Part shown: positions 49,524 to 58,799 of the stretch, piece by piece
How the letters are laid out: every line of letters begins with the position of its first letter
Numbering within the stretch: the first letter of the stretch is position 1
Origin: Polyangiales bacterium
Lineage (GTDB): Bacteria; Myxococcota_A; Polyangia; Polyangiales; Houyiibacteriaceae
Length of the DNA: 64,000 bases
Direction: 5' to 3'
Assembly: GCA_045106895.1 (NCBI GenBank)
Contig: JBGCFM010000086.1
Location: forward strand, 1 to 64,000
Program-made: the position numbers and the translations under genes
The notes under the pieces: generated by a model
What the model saw: the letters and a program-made list of their open reading frames with translations, nothing else
Databases searched by the model: none
What the model was told of the DNA's origin: nothing

Positions 49524-50597
49524 GTGCTTTCTATCCACGGTCTGACGTTTCATGAGTTTCGCGCATTTGCTCGAGAGAAGCTCGATCGCGGGCATGGGCG
49601 CGCTCGACAAGTCTACACCCAGGTCATGCAGGATGGTTGCTTCGAGCCTCAACAGCTGGAACTCAGCGATTATTCCGTCAAGGCATGGCGCGCGAGCTTT
49701 CAGTTCGACCTCCTGAGCGTCGCAAACGTCGTCGAAGAAGAGGGTGAACTCGGGACGACGGCGAAGGCGGTACTGCGGACCCACGATGGTCTTGAACTTG
49801 AGTGCGTTTGGATTCCCATGGGCCGTGGACGGCATACGCTCTGCGTGTCGAGCCAAGTCGGATGCAAGATGGGATGCACGTTCTGCGAGACCGGCCGCAT
49901 GGGGTTGATTCGTCACTTGAGCGCTGCGGAGATCGTGAGCCAGGTCCTCGTCGCGCGTCACACGCTCGGCTGGGATGTCCGCAACGTGGTGTTCATGGGG
50001 ATGGGTGAGGCCCTCGACAACGCGGACTCTCTCGTCCAAGCGATTCGCGTGCTCAACGATTCGTCAGGGCTCGCCATTGCCCAAGAACGTTTGACGGTGT
50101 GCACCGTGGGACGGGTGGATGGCATCGCCCGGCTTCAGAAGGAAGGGTTCAAGCGGGTGAACCTGAGCGTGAGCCTGAACGCCGCGGACGACGCGCTGCG
50201 CGACCGGATCATGCCCGTGAATCGAAAGACCCCACTTAGCGTTCTGCAGGCGGCGTTGGCGGAATACCGGCCGCGTCCAAACTTTACCCTTGGTGTGAAC
50301 TACTGCCTGATGCCGGGCCTCAACGACACACGCGAAGATGCAGCGGCGGTGGCGGCTTTCTGCGAGCCCATCGCGCGCAAGCTCGTGAACGTCATCCCCT
50401 ACAATCCAGGAAATCAGCCGCTCACGAGGGCGCCCACGCAGGATGAAGTTGTGCGCTTTGTCGGCTGGCTGAAAGAAGACGGGCTGGCGGTTCGGATGCG
50501 GATCACAAAAGGGCGTTCCGTGATGGCCGCGTGTGGGCAGTTGGGGAACGTCGAACTCCGCGAGGAACGACGGCGACTGCGCCTTCTGGACCGGTAG
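49524..50597 (+). CDS. rlmN: radical SAM RNA methyltransferase RlmN
   Basis: TLCVSSQVGCKMGCTFC, VFMGMGE, NVIPYN, AACGQL. Confidence 0.9.
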   Translation: MLSIHGLTFHEFRAFAREKLDRGHGRARQVYTQVMQDGCFEPQQLELSDYSVKAWRASFQFDLLSVANVVEEEGELGTTAKAVLRTHDGLELECVWIPMGRGRHTLCVSSQVGCKMGCTFCETGRMGLIRHLSAAEIVSQVLVARHTLGWDVRNVVFMGMGEALDNADSLVQAIRVLNDSSGLAIAQERLTVCTVGRVDGIARLQKEGFKRVNLSVSLNAADDALRDRIMPVNRKTPLSVLQAALAEYRPRPNFTLGVNYCLMPGLNDTREDAAAVAAFCEPIARKLVNVIPYNPGNQPLTRAPTQDEVVRFVGWLKEDGLAVRMRITKGRSVMAACGQLGNVELREERRRLRLLDR

Positions 50598-50653
50598 GTC
50601 CCGCGAAAGCACTTCTTGCTCAAGTTTGAGTTTCTTCCGCCGTTCCCCCCTAT

Positions 50654-51217
50654 GTGATGCGGGAAAAACACCGAGGCGGGATCATCACCATTGTCGCGTC
50701 CGGCGAACATCGTTCGTCGCTGAGCGCGTTTATAGCGTCGCTGCCAGATTGGCTCCCCGTGCCGCTCGTCCTTTGCTTGATGAACACTGACGGCGAAGAC
50801 AGCACACTGCTCGAGCGCTTGCGCAACGGATGTCCGCTCCCTATTCACGAGGTCACGACTCCGACGCTACTGAAGCCTGGCCACATGTACACGAACATGT
50901 CCGGCGATGCGCTTTGTCTCCGAGACGGGCACGTACGCCCCCCTCAGGTTCGCTCGATGGCTCGTAGTGCGTTGCTCTCCAGTGCCGTCGCTGAACATGG
51001 AGGTCACACCGTGGCCATCTTGCTGGATGGAACTCTTGAGTTGGCGGCCGCGGAGGCTCGAAAAGTGGTGTGGGCCGGCGGAGCTGTCTTTGCGCATCAG
51101 ACCGAAGAGAAGCCCAACGCGATTATTCGCAACGGCATCGCGCGCGCGTACAAGTCGCCGGAGAACCTGGCCGAGGCGCTGGGAGTGGTGTGCATGGACC
51201 TTCAGCGCGCCGTTTAA
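50654..51217 (+). CDS. CheB methylesterase-like domain, catalytically degenerate
   Basis: CheB pattern (VAS, LP..LPVP, LKPGHMY, SAV.EHG..VAILL.G, AGGAVFA) with His and Asp positions replaced. Confidence 0.65.
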   Translation: MMREKHRGGIITIVASGEHRSSLSAFIASLPDWLPVPLVLCLMNTDGEDSTLLERLRNGCPLPIHEVTTPTLLKPGHMYTNMSGDALCLRDGHVRPPQVRSMARSALLSSAVAEHGGHTVAILLDGTLELAAAEARKVVWAGGAVFAHQTEEKPNAIIRNGIARAYKSPENLAEALGVVCMDLQRAV

Positions 51218-51238
51218 TAGCGCGCCGGATCGTTCGCA

Positions 51239-52042
51239 TTACTCGACGCGCTGAATGACGTGGAAACCAAAAGGCGTCTCGACGACCTCGCCGGTGGCTC
51301 CGACTTCGAGGGCGAAGACCGCGCGCTCAAAGGCCGGCACCATCTGGCCGCGTCCAAATGTTCCGAGGTCGCCGTTTGGTGGCGACCCAGGTTCGTCGGT
51401 GTTCTCGGAATGAAGAGTGGTCCAGTCGCCACCCGCCAAGGCTTGCGTCCGGACCTGTGTGGCAAGTGCCAAGGCTTCTTCACGTGAGCGAGTCACAGTG
51501 TCGGCGACGCGCCTGGCTCCTGCGTAGGCGATGAGGATATGACGTGCTGCCACGGTGGTCGGGCCGCTCGCGGGGTCGGCGCGTCGGTTCATGATGATGA
51601 AGCCACCTGCGGTGCGGATCGGTCGGCTTACCTCGCCGCGGCTCAAGGCAGCGGCGGTGTTGAAGATCTCAGGTTCGGCGCTCCCGCGCTGAAGTCGGTC
51701 GATGCTTGGTGGGACATCGCCATATTCGCGGGCGACCTCGCCGAAGTTGCTGCCGGGTGCTCGCAGAAGAGAGCTGACGGTCTGAGCCCGACCTGATGCG
51801 TCCTCTTCGCTTCGCGTAATTCGTGACGAGACACCTTCGGCGCCCGCCCAAGCGATTCGAATCGTCCTGACCTCGATGAGGTCCGGCGCTGCGGCCGGGT
51901 CTGCGCCAAGCTGCGGCGCGATGGCGTCCGCCGCGTCGCGGTGTTCTTGGTTGCCGCGCGTCGCGAAGTTGGTGGGGCCCAAGGACGAGCACGCGACGAC
52001 GAGCGTCAGCGCGAGAAAAGCAAAGGGACGAAAGCCGAACAT
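51239..52042 (-). CDS. parvulin/PpiC peptidyl-prolyl isomerase lipoprotein
   Basis: Lipobox VVAC; ARHILI, GDLGTF.RGQMVPAFE, ETPFGFHVI. Confidence 0.92.
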   Translation of the reverse strand: MFGFRPFAFLALTLVVACSSLGPTNFATRGNQEHRDAADAIAPQLGADPAAAPDLIEVRTIRIAWAGAEGVSSRITRSEEDASGRAQTVSSLLRAPGSNFGEVAREYGDVPPSIDRLQRGSAEPEIFNTAAALSRGEVSRPIRTAGGFIIMNRRADPASGPTTVAARHILIAYAGARRVADTVTRSREEALALATQVRTQALAGGDWTTLHSENTDEPGSPPNGDLGTFGRGQMVPAFERAVFALEVGATGEVVETPFGFHVIQRVE

Positions 52043-52105
52043 GCGGAGCGTCTAGCAGGGTTCGTGGCGGAGGGCACGGCGCCGGCAGTCCTGAGCGAGG
52101 AGGTC

Positions 52106-52756
52106 TTAGGATTCGCGCAAAAGTCGCGCGATGCGGTTTTGGTCGAAGCCCGTGACGATCGTGCCGCGGACGTCGATGACCGGGATTCCACCGGGTTGAA
52201 TGCCGGCGGCTCGCGCCTTGGCCTGCATCTCCGCTCGGGCCCCAGGCTCGGCTTCGATGTCGCGTTCGATGAAAGGCACGTTTTGCGCGCGAAGATACGC
52301 CGCGGCGGACTGACATGCGTGGCACCAAGAGGCGCCGTACACGACCACATCGCTTCCGGCGGCGGCGCTGCCATCATCTTCTTCGCCAGCCTCGGCGAAC
52401 TCGACGCCGGCTTCTTCGTCGAGGAGCGCGTCAAACGCGTCTCGGCCCATCGACTCGACGGGGTACGCGCCGTTTGCGTTCATGTCGTTGAGGTTCGCGA
52501 GCCATACGTTGGCGGGGTCTCGATCTTCCGGTGCCAGATCGAGTCGGTCGACGCGGACGCGGGAGCGATACTCCGAAGGAATCTCTTCTCGCGATTCGGC
52601 GATGTGAGCGCCGTCGTCGTCAAACCAGGTCAGCAGGAACCCGTCCGCGTCGCCACGAACGACGGGCGCGGCCTCCGTCGAAGCAGCGTTGGTCTCGTCC
52701 GAGCTCGAGCCGCAGCCCGCCAGACAGAACACAAGCACAACAAATAGCGACCTCAT
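52106..52756 (-). CDS. glutaredoxin-domain lipoprotein
   Basis: Lipobox LAGC; YGASWCHAC, GIPVI, GFD; ATG 52756. Confidence 0.85.
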   Translation of the reverse strand: MRSLFVVLVFCLAGCGSSSDETNAASTEAAPVVRGDADGFLLTWFDDDGAHIAESREEIPSEYRSRVRVDRLDLAPEDRDPANVWLANLNDMNANGAYPVESMGRDAFDALLDEEAGVEFAEAGEEDDGSAAAGSDVVVYGASWCHACQSAAAYLRAQNVPFIERDIEAEPGARAEMQAKARAAGIQPGGIPVIDVRGTIVTGFDQNRIARLLRES

Positions 52757-52802
52757 CGGCGGTACGGTAGCAGGCGATTCAGGAGAGGGACAGGGAGGGC
52801 GT

Positions 52803-53234
52803 TCAATGTCCGCTCTCGCGGGCCGGTTCATAGCGGGTTCGCAGCTGCGCCAGGAGCTCTTCGCAAGCCTCGCGTCGGTCACGGACTTCGAGCACGGCGG
52901 ATTCGGAACGGGCGAGGGCATCGGCGGCGCGCTCTCCTGCTCGTGGTACGCCGGCTTCCAGCTCGTCCACGGCGGCACGCGCTTCAGCGCTCGCTTCATC
53001 CGCGCGCAAGAGCGCCTCGTGCATGGGGACGCACGCTTCATGAACCGCCTGGACTCGTGGAGACGTGATGGGCAGGCGCATGAGGGCGTTGACCCGTTGT
53101 CTTCGTGCGTCGAGATCGGGCTCCCCGAGCCCTTCGATGCGGTCGATGAGGAGGCGCGCTTCGTTGGCCTCGTCGTCTCCGCAGCCGGATGCAGCCATGG
53201 CGCAGCAGAGCAGGAGCGCAGGCAGGGCCTTCAT
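52803..53234 (-). CDS. helical hypothetical lipoprotein
   Basis: Lipobox ASGC; ATGA overlap with der. Confidence 0.75.
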   Translation of the reverse strand: MKALPALLLCCAMAASGCGDDEANEARLLIDRIEGLGEPDLDARRQRVNALMRLPITSPRVQAVHEACVPMHEALLRADEASAEARAAVDELEAGVPRAGERAADALARSESAVLEVRDRREACEELLAQLRTRYEPARESGH

Positions 53235-54652
53235 GTGGGCCGCGTCCGTGTGCTGTTGCGGTCCTTGTCTCGGTAGCGAACCCGGATGGGCGTTCCTTCG
53301 AAACCAAAACGCTCGCGAATCTGATTGATGACGTAGCGCTGGTAGCTGAAGTGGACGTATTTGGGGTGATTCGTCACCACGACGAAGGTCGGGGGCCGCG
53401 TCTGGGCCTGCGTCACGTAGTAGAGGCGCACGGCGCGGTTCTTCTGCGTTGGCGGCGGGTGTTTCTCGAGGACCTCTTCGAAGAACTCGTTGATTTCGGA
53501 CGTCTTGACGCGAAGCCGGTGGGACTGCACCGAGGTGTGAACCGCGTTGAGGAGTCGGCCGACGCCCCGGCCGGTCTTAGCGCTGAGGGTGACGATGGGC
53601 GCCCACGGCGCATAGGCGAGAATCTCGCGCGTGCGCTGTTTGGCGGCCTTGATCTGCTCTTGGTTGAGCGTGTCGCATTTGTTGAGGCCGATGACGAGTC
53701 CGCAACCACGGTCCACAGCGAGACCTGCGACCTTTGCGTCCTGCTCGCCCACGCCTGCTTCCGCGTCGATCATCAGCACCACGCAGTGGGAGCGCTCCAT
53801 GGCGCGGATGGCGTTGTAAACGCTCAGAACTTCGACGCCGTACTTTTTAACCTTCGCTTTGCGGCGGATGCCCGCGGTGTCGATGAGCACAAAGCGGTGT
53901 TTGCCGCGCTCGAAGAGCGTGTCGATGCTGTCCACGGTGGTACCGGGGCGCGCATCGACGATCTGTCGTTGTTCGCCCATCAGTTGATTCACGAGGGACG
54001 ATTTCCCGGCGTTGGGTCGACCGATGATGGACACACGCGCCACGTCGAGGTCGAACTCTTCGGGCTCTTCAGGCAGAGGCGGGAACGCTTTGTGGATCGC
54101 TTCTTCGAGGTCGCCAATGCCGCGTCCGTGGAGCGACGAGACCGGGAAGATGTGGTCGAGGCCGAGCTCGTAGAGCGAGACGCTGCCGAGGGCACGCGCT
54201 TGAGTGTCGGCTTTGTTCGCCACGTAGAGTACGGGCTTGTCCGTTGCGCGAAGAAGCTTGACGGCCTCGCGGTCCGCGGGAAGTGGGTCGCTCATCGCGT
54301 CAAAGACGCAAACCACCACGTCACACTCCGCCAACGCCAGTTTGACCTGAGTGGCGATGTTCTCCTTCATCGGATCATCGCTGTCCGGATCGAAGCCGCC
54401 TGTGTCGATAAGCACGTAGTCACGGCCCAGCGTCCATGCGTCCGCGTAGTGACGGTCACGTGTCACGCCCTCGATGTCTTCGACGATGGCGATGCGCTTG
54501 CGGGCAAGCTTGTTGAAGAGGGTGCTCTTGCCGACGTTTGGGCGGCCGACGATGGCGACCATCGGCCGTTCGGCACCGGCATTCGCAGGGAGAGGTTCCC
54601 GACGGTGTCGGCGTGGCTTCTTGGAGCCAGATTTTGGAGGTGTATCAGTCAT
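53231..54652 (-). CDS. der: ribosome biogenesis GTPase Der
   Basis: Two G domains GRPNVGKS and GRPNAGKS, DTGG/DTAG, C-terminal KH-like FGFEGTPI. Confidence 0.97.
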   Translation of the reverse strand: MTDTPPKSGSKKPRRHRREPLPANAGAERPMVAIVGRPNVGKSTLFNKLARKRIAIVEDIEGVTRDRHYADAWTLGRDYVLIDTGGFDPDSDDPMKENIATQVKLALAECDVVVCVFDAMSDPLPADREAVKLLRATDKPVLYVANKADTQARALGSVSLYELGLDHIFPVSSLHGRGIGDLEEAIHKAFPPLPEEPEEFDLDVARVSIIGRPNAGKSSLVNQLMGEQRQIVDARPGTTVDSIDTLFERGKHRFVLIDTAGIRRKAKVKKYGVEVLSVYNAIRAMERSHCVVLMIDAEAGVGEQDAKVAGLAVDRGCGLVIGLNKCDTLNQEQIKAAKQRTREILAYAPWAPIVTLSAKTGRGVGRLLNAVHTSVQSHRLRVKTSEINEFFEEVLEKHPPPTQKNRAVRLYYVTQAQTRPPTFVVVTNHPKYVHFSYQRYVINQIRERFGFEGTPIRVRYRDKDRNSTRTRPT

Positions 54653-54661
54653 GGCGGGGGC

Positions 54662-55621
54662 TCAGCCTTCGCTAGTCGCGAGGGACTTGGCCTTGCTTGG
54701 GTTGTTCGTCCAGCCGACATCGACTTTGACGAAGAGGTCGAGGTGAACGCGTCGGTCGAGGAAACGCGAAAGCGACTCGCGCGATTCGATGCCGATCTCT
54801 TTGATTTGCTTCCCCGCCGCGCCGATGACGATTCCTTTGTGGGAAGCCTTCTCGACGACGATGGAAGCGGAGATACGAATGTCGGTGCCGTCTTCTTGGT
54901 AGGCGTCGATAACGACGGCACATCCATATGGGACCTCGTCGCGTGTTCGCCGAATCACGGCCTCGCGGATGAACTCGGATGCAAAGAAGCGGGCAGGGCG
55001 GTCCGTGAGAAAGTCCTCGTCCTCGTAGAGCAGACCTTCGGGGAGGTGCTGGCGGATCTCACGGAGAAGGCCCTCAAAGTTCTTATCTTTGGTCGCGCTG
55101 ATCGGAACGATGGCGGAGAAGTCGTGGACTCCTTGGCAGTGATGGATGAAGGGCAGCAGCTGCGTCTTGTCCGCCAGGCGGTCGATCTTGTTGATCACAA
55201 GGATGATGGGCGTCTTGGTCTCGCCGAGCATTCGTAGCGCGGCGATATCCGGGGCGGGCATCTGGGGTGGCGGCCCGGAGCGTTTGTTCTTCTTGTCGCC
55301 CTTGCGCGCCTTGTCCGCGGGAGCCTCCGTTAAGAAGAGCACCACGTCGGCGTCGACAATGCCTTGCTGCGCCTGTTCGACGAGCACTTTGTGGAGCGCC
55401 GAGCGAGGGCGTGCGAGGCCGGGGGTGTCGACGAAGGCGATCTGCGTGTTTTCGCTCGCGTACACGGCCAGGACCGCGCTGCGCGTGGTGCCAGGCCGAG
55501 GCGTCGCGATGACAAGCTTCTGTCCCAGCATCCGGTTGAGAAGAGTGGACTTCCCCACGTTCGGTCGGCCCGCGATGGCACAACGTCCGCCGCGCACTTC
55601 TTCGGATTCAGGGGTCTCCAT
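54662..55621 (-). CDS. era: GTPase Era
   Basis: GRPNVGKST, TTR, DTPG, NKID, ISA, EVPY, KGIVIG. Confidence 0.97.
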   Translation of the reverse strand: METPESEEVRGGRCAIAGRPNVGKSTLLNRMLGQKLVIATPRPGTTRSAVLAVYASENTQIAFVDTPGLARPRSALHKVLVEQAQQGIVDADVVLFLTEAPADKARKGDKKNKRSGPPPQMPAPDIAALRMLGETKTPIILVINKIDRLADKTQLLPFIHHCQGVHDFSAIVPISATKDKNFEGLLREIRQHLPEGLLYEDEDFLTDRPARFFASEFIREAVIRRTRDEVPYGCAVVIDAYQEDGTDIRISASIVVEKASHKGIVIGAAGKQIKEIGIESRESLSRFLDRRVHLDLFVKVDVGWTNNPSKAKSLATSEG

Positions 55622-55700
55622 GGCGCGGAGCATAGTGTTCTGTCGCCATTACGCCATGTGGCACCTTGACGCGTCGGGCAGGGGCCGCGATGGTTCCGTC

Positions 55701-56450
55701 ATGGCCATCGCTTCTATCGTCCTTGGAATGGGCGCTTTCCTCTGCATGATCGTCGGTTTTTTCACGACCGGCGTACCCGTGGTGGGAGCGCTTTTCAGCT
55801 TTGGCGGACCCGTCTTGGCCCTCGCGGGCATCGTGACCGGCGGTGTCGCGATGAGCCGAAGCAAGCAGGAAACCGGCGACAGCAGCGGCGCTGCCATCGC
55901 TGGCCTCGTCGTGAGCATCGTCGGATTCGTCCTCTCGCTCATCGTCGCGTTGACCTGCGGACTCTGCAACGCATGCCTTACTTCCAGCACCATGGACGCC
56001 AACCAGCGAGTTCAGAACGGTGGCGGCAGTGCCGCAGGAGGTCTCTTCGGCCAGGCCGTGGGTCAGGCTTTTGAAGAAGTGGGGCAGCGTTTGACGCTCA
56101 GCATGCATTTGAACGCGATTCAGTCCGAGTGCGCCGCCGACCCCAGCGGGGCGAGTTCCTCCCGGCATTTTCATCCGACCGCCTTCGCGGGAATCCAGGG
56201 GTCTCTGTGCGCGCAGATGGGACCTCTCGCCTCCCAAGCGTTCTCGCGTGACTGCAGTCAGCACACCCCTTGTTCGACGCGCGTCGACATGCTCGGCACC
56301 CCGGAGGCTGCGCAGGCGCAGGCCGCGGGCATCACGGACTTGAGCACCTGCTCGGTCTACACCACCACCGGCAGCGCCCGGCTTGGGATGTGTTCGCACA
56401 ACGGCGAGATGCTGCTCGTCAGCGTTACCAACTTGAACGACGTCCAGTAA
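55701..56450 (+). CDS. membrane protein with DUF4190-like TM region and Cys-containing extracytoplasmic domain
   Basis: MAIASIVLG..AIAGLVVSIVG pattern; ATG 55701. Confidence 0.7.
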   Translation: MAIASIVLGMGAFLCMIVGFFTTGVPVVGALFSFGGPVLALAGIVTGGVAMSRSKQETGDSSGAAIAGLVVSIVGFVLSLIVALTCGLCNACLTSSTMDANQRVQNGGGSAAGGLFGQAVGQAFEEVGQRLTLSMHLNAIQSECAADPSGASSSRHFHPTAFAGIQGSLCAQMGPLASQAFSRDCSQHTPCSTRVDMLGTPEAAQAQAAGITDLSTCSVYTTTGSARLGMCSHNGEMLLVSVTNLNDVQ

Positions 56451-56462
56451 GTCACTCGGCGC

Positions 56463-57233
56463 TTGGACCCGATTTTCACCATCGTTCGTTTCGGCGAACT
56501 TGAACGACCCATCGGCAACTTTGGGATTCTCCTCGCCGTGGCCATGCTCGTTTGCGCGTCGATCGCGACGCGTGCATCGCATCGCGCGGGGCTCGATGCG
56601 GGGTCCGCCATCGCTGCCTGTGGCTTCGCCGCTGCCGGCTCCCTCGTCGGCGCGAGCAGCCTCTACTACCTCGTCGAAGCGGTTCGAAAAGGCAGCATCA
56701 TGGCGGCGTTCGAAACCCAAGGGATCGTCTTCTACGGCGCTCCCCTCGGCGGAGGTCTCGCGCTTTATTTCGCGTGTAAGAAACTCGAACTTCCGTTTCT
56801 TCGTTTCCTCGACTTGGCTATCGCCGGCGTCCCCTTGGCCCACGCGATGGGACGCCTGGGGTGTTTTCTCGGAGGCTGCTGTTACGGAAAGCCCTACGAA
56901 GGGCCCTTTGCGGTTCTCTACACACACTCGATGGCGCCGGCGGCGAATCCGTCTGTCTTTCGACACGCGGTCCCGCTCTACGAGTCGTCTTTGCTTTTGC
57001 TCCTCGCAGCGTTCCTTTTGTTCTGGCCGAAGCGGCGGGTTGGAAGCGGCGAGTCCGTTGGATTCTACTTCGCGGCCTACGCTGTGATTCGTGTTCTAAC
57101 GGAGACTTTCCGCGGCGACGGCGTGCGCGGCGTCTGGTTTGGTGTCTCCACTTCCCAATGGATCTCCGCAGCCATGTTCGCTTTTGGCATCGCCCTCGTC
57201 GTCCGCGCCCGCAAGACATTCCGGACCGCATGA
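56463..57233 (+). CDS. lgt: prolipoprotein diacylglyceryl transferase
   Basis: GIVFYGA, GRLGCFLGGCCYG, RHAVPLYES, ETFRGD. Confidence 0.9.
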   Translation: MDPIFTIVRFGELERPIGNFGILLAVAMLVCASIATRASHRAGLDAGSAIAACGFAAAGSLVGASSLYYLVEAVRKGSIMAAFETQGIVFYGAPLGGGLALYFACKKLELPFLRFLDLAIAGVPLAHAMGRLGCFLGGCCYGKPYEGPFAVLYTHSMAPAANPSVFRHAVPLYESSLLLLLAAFLLFWPKRRVGSGESVGFYFAAYAVIRVLTETFRGDGVRGVWFGVSTSQWISAAMFAFGIALVVRARKTFRTA

Positions 57234-58084
57234 GCGCGAGGCTCGCGTGCCTCGTCATGGTCCTCTCGCTGGCGCTCACCGGCCAAGCACAGGAGCGTGT
57301 GGCGCTAGAGGAGAGCGCCCTCGTTCGCATCAACGAGGGGTGGTTCGCCCGGGGCCTCCATCCGATGCAAATCGCCGAGGCCGTTCTCTTCTGTCGCCAA
57401 ACCTCGCCGCCCACGCGCGACGCCTTCGTCTGTCACGACCGGCGCTTCTCCGTCGAGACACCACGCCGGCGCATTTTTCTTTCGTCCTACTATATCGATC
57501 GTTTCGAGGTGACACGTGAGCGTTACTCCGAATGTGTCCGTGCCGGCGGCTGCCTGCCTCCACGCAGCGGCAACGGCGATGAGCGTTTCAGCCAATCGAC
57601 GATGCCGGTGACCGGCGTGACCTGGGACGACGCGCGGGGGTTTTGCCAATGGGCCGGAGGGGACCTGCCGACGGAGTCTCAGTGGGAGCGTGCGGCCCGT
57701 GGGCCGGGCGGGCGGCGTTTTCCTTGGGGACGGCTTTTCAACGACCGCCTCGCCAATCACGGGTCTGGCACGCGGGTTATCGATGGGTACGAGTTTGTGT
57801 CTCCCGTCGGCACCTACGCGGGCGGACGAAGCCCAGATGGCCTCTATGATATGGCCGGCAACGTCTGGGAGTGGACGCTCGATGCCTTCGACCCGGAAGG
57901 CGAAGCTTGGAGTGCAGAACTCCCCGTCGACCCACGCGGGGCAGAACCGACCGGCCATCGAATCATTCGCGGGGGGTCCTGGCGTAGTCACGCCGTCGAC
58001 CTGCGTACGACGACAAGGATTCCCGTCGGCGAGCAGCAACACTCCCCGGATTTGGGCTTTCGCTGCGCATTTGACGCCCTCTAA
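57230..58084 (+). CDS. secreted FGE-sulfatase (SUMF1) domain protein
   Basis: YIDRFEVT, PVTGVTW, LPTESQWERAARG, DMAGNVWEW, RGGSW, GFRC. Confidence 0.93.
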   Translation: MSARLACLVMVLSLALTGQAQERVALEESALVRINEGWFARGLHPMQIAEAVLFCRQTSPPTRDAFVCHDRRFSVETPRRRIFLSSYYIDRFEVTRERYSECVRAGGCLPPRSGNGDERFSQSTMPVTGVTWDDARGFCQWAGGDLPTESQWERAARGPGGRRFPWGRLFNDRLANHGSGTRVIDGYEFVSPVGTYAGGRSPDGLYDMAGNVWEWTLDAFDPEGEAWSAELPVDPRGAEPTGHRIIRGGSWRSHAVDLRTTTRIPVGEQQHSPDLGFRCAFDAL

Positions 58085-58240
58085 CCCCAGTGTTCGATTG
58101 GGTATACCCACCTGGCCGGCTCCTTCCGCTCATGGCCGCGTTGCGACTCTTCGAAAGGTCGGGGACCTTCCTTCATCGTCGCGCCTTGCCATGAACGAAA
58201 TCGCTCGCCCATGTGAGCAAACCCAATCGAACACTGGGGT
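58084..58240. mobile_element. MITE, 157 bp, 20-bp perfect terminal inverted repeats, TA target duplication
   Basis: cTA[ACCCCAGTGTTCGATTGGGT ... ACCCAATCGAACACTGGGGT]TAg; no coding capacity. Confidence 0.8.
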
Positions 58241-58301
58241 TAGTCGCCGGCCGCGGATGTAGCTTGCAGCTTCAGGTCGCTAGCGTCATGTTGCTCCGAC
58301 C

Positions 58302-58775
58302 ATGCGTTCCCCTTCCTTTTCGGTTTTTGCGTTCGTTCTCACTCTCACGGCGAGCCTCGTCGGCTGCAAGGGGGCAGATGGCGATACCTGCAAAGAGGAC
58401 GACGACTGTAGCGGCACCCTCGTGTGCTGCCGCGTCGGCACCTTCGAGCGGGGCTCCTGTGGGGTCACCTGTGACATGGCGCCGCCGGCCACGGACAGCG
58501 GTCCAAGAATGGATTCCGGCCCCATCGAAACGGACGCAGCGATGATGAGCGACGCGCCGGACATGAGTGACGCGCCGGACATGAGCGACGCCGCGGCAGA
58601 AGATGGTGGTCCCGATGCGGCCATGGACTCTGGCCCAGCTGATGTTGGCGTCGACGCTCCTGCCTTGGACGCCGGCACCGACGCAGGTCCGGACGCAGAC
58701 GCAGGCATGACGGACGCAGGTCCGGACGCCGACGCAGGCATGACGGACGCTGGTCCCGACGCGGACGCGGCATAG
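58302..58775 (+). CDS. small Cys-rich lipoprotein with DAG repeats
   Basis: Lipobox LVGC; Cys cluster; MSDAPD and TDAGPDADAGM repeats. Confidence 0.8.
   Translation: MRSPSFSVFAFVLTLTASLVGCKGADGDTCKEDDDCSGTLVCCRVGTFERGSCGVTCDMAPPATDSGPRMDSGPIETDAAMMSDAPDMSDAPDMSDAAAEDGGPDAAMDSGPADVGVDAPALDAGTDAGPDADAGMTDAGPDADAGMTDAGPDADAA
58677..58770 (+). repeat. intragenic 30-bp tandem repeat (about 3 copies)
   Basis: gacgcaggtccggacgc.gacgcaggcatgacg repeated. Confidence 0.8.
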
Positions 58776-58799
58776 GGGCGGTCACGTGCGGGGGCACTG

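Noticed and set aside
49524..50597. Radical SAM partner for the HExxH enzyme, or Cfr
   Set aside because: Motifs are RlmN-type with no SPASM domain, it lies over 30 kb away, and nothing specifically indicates Cfr.
53189..55237. 682-aa plus-strand ORF and similar long antisense ORFs (13955..15436, 19136..20482, 36683..38476, 55608..56966)
   Set aside because: Shadows of well-supported genes on the opposite strand, expected from high-GC codon bias; no motifs.
58081..58243. Retron msr-msd (a1/a2 repeats) or 6S RNA
   Set aside because: No reverse transcriptase nearby; perfect TIRs with TA duplication fit a MITE better.
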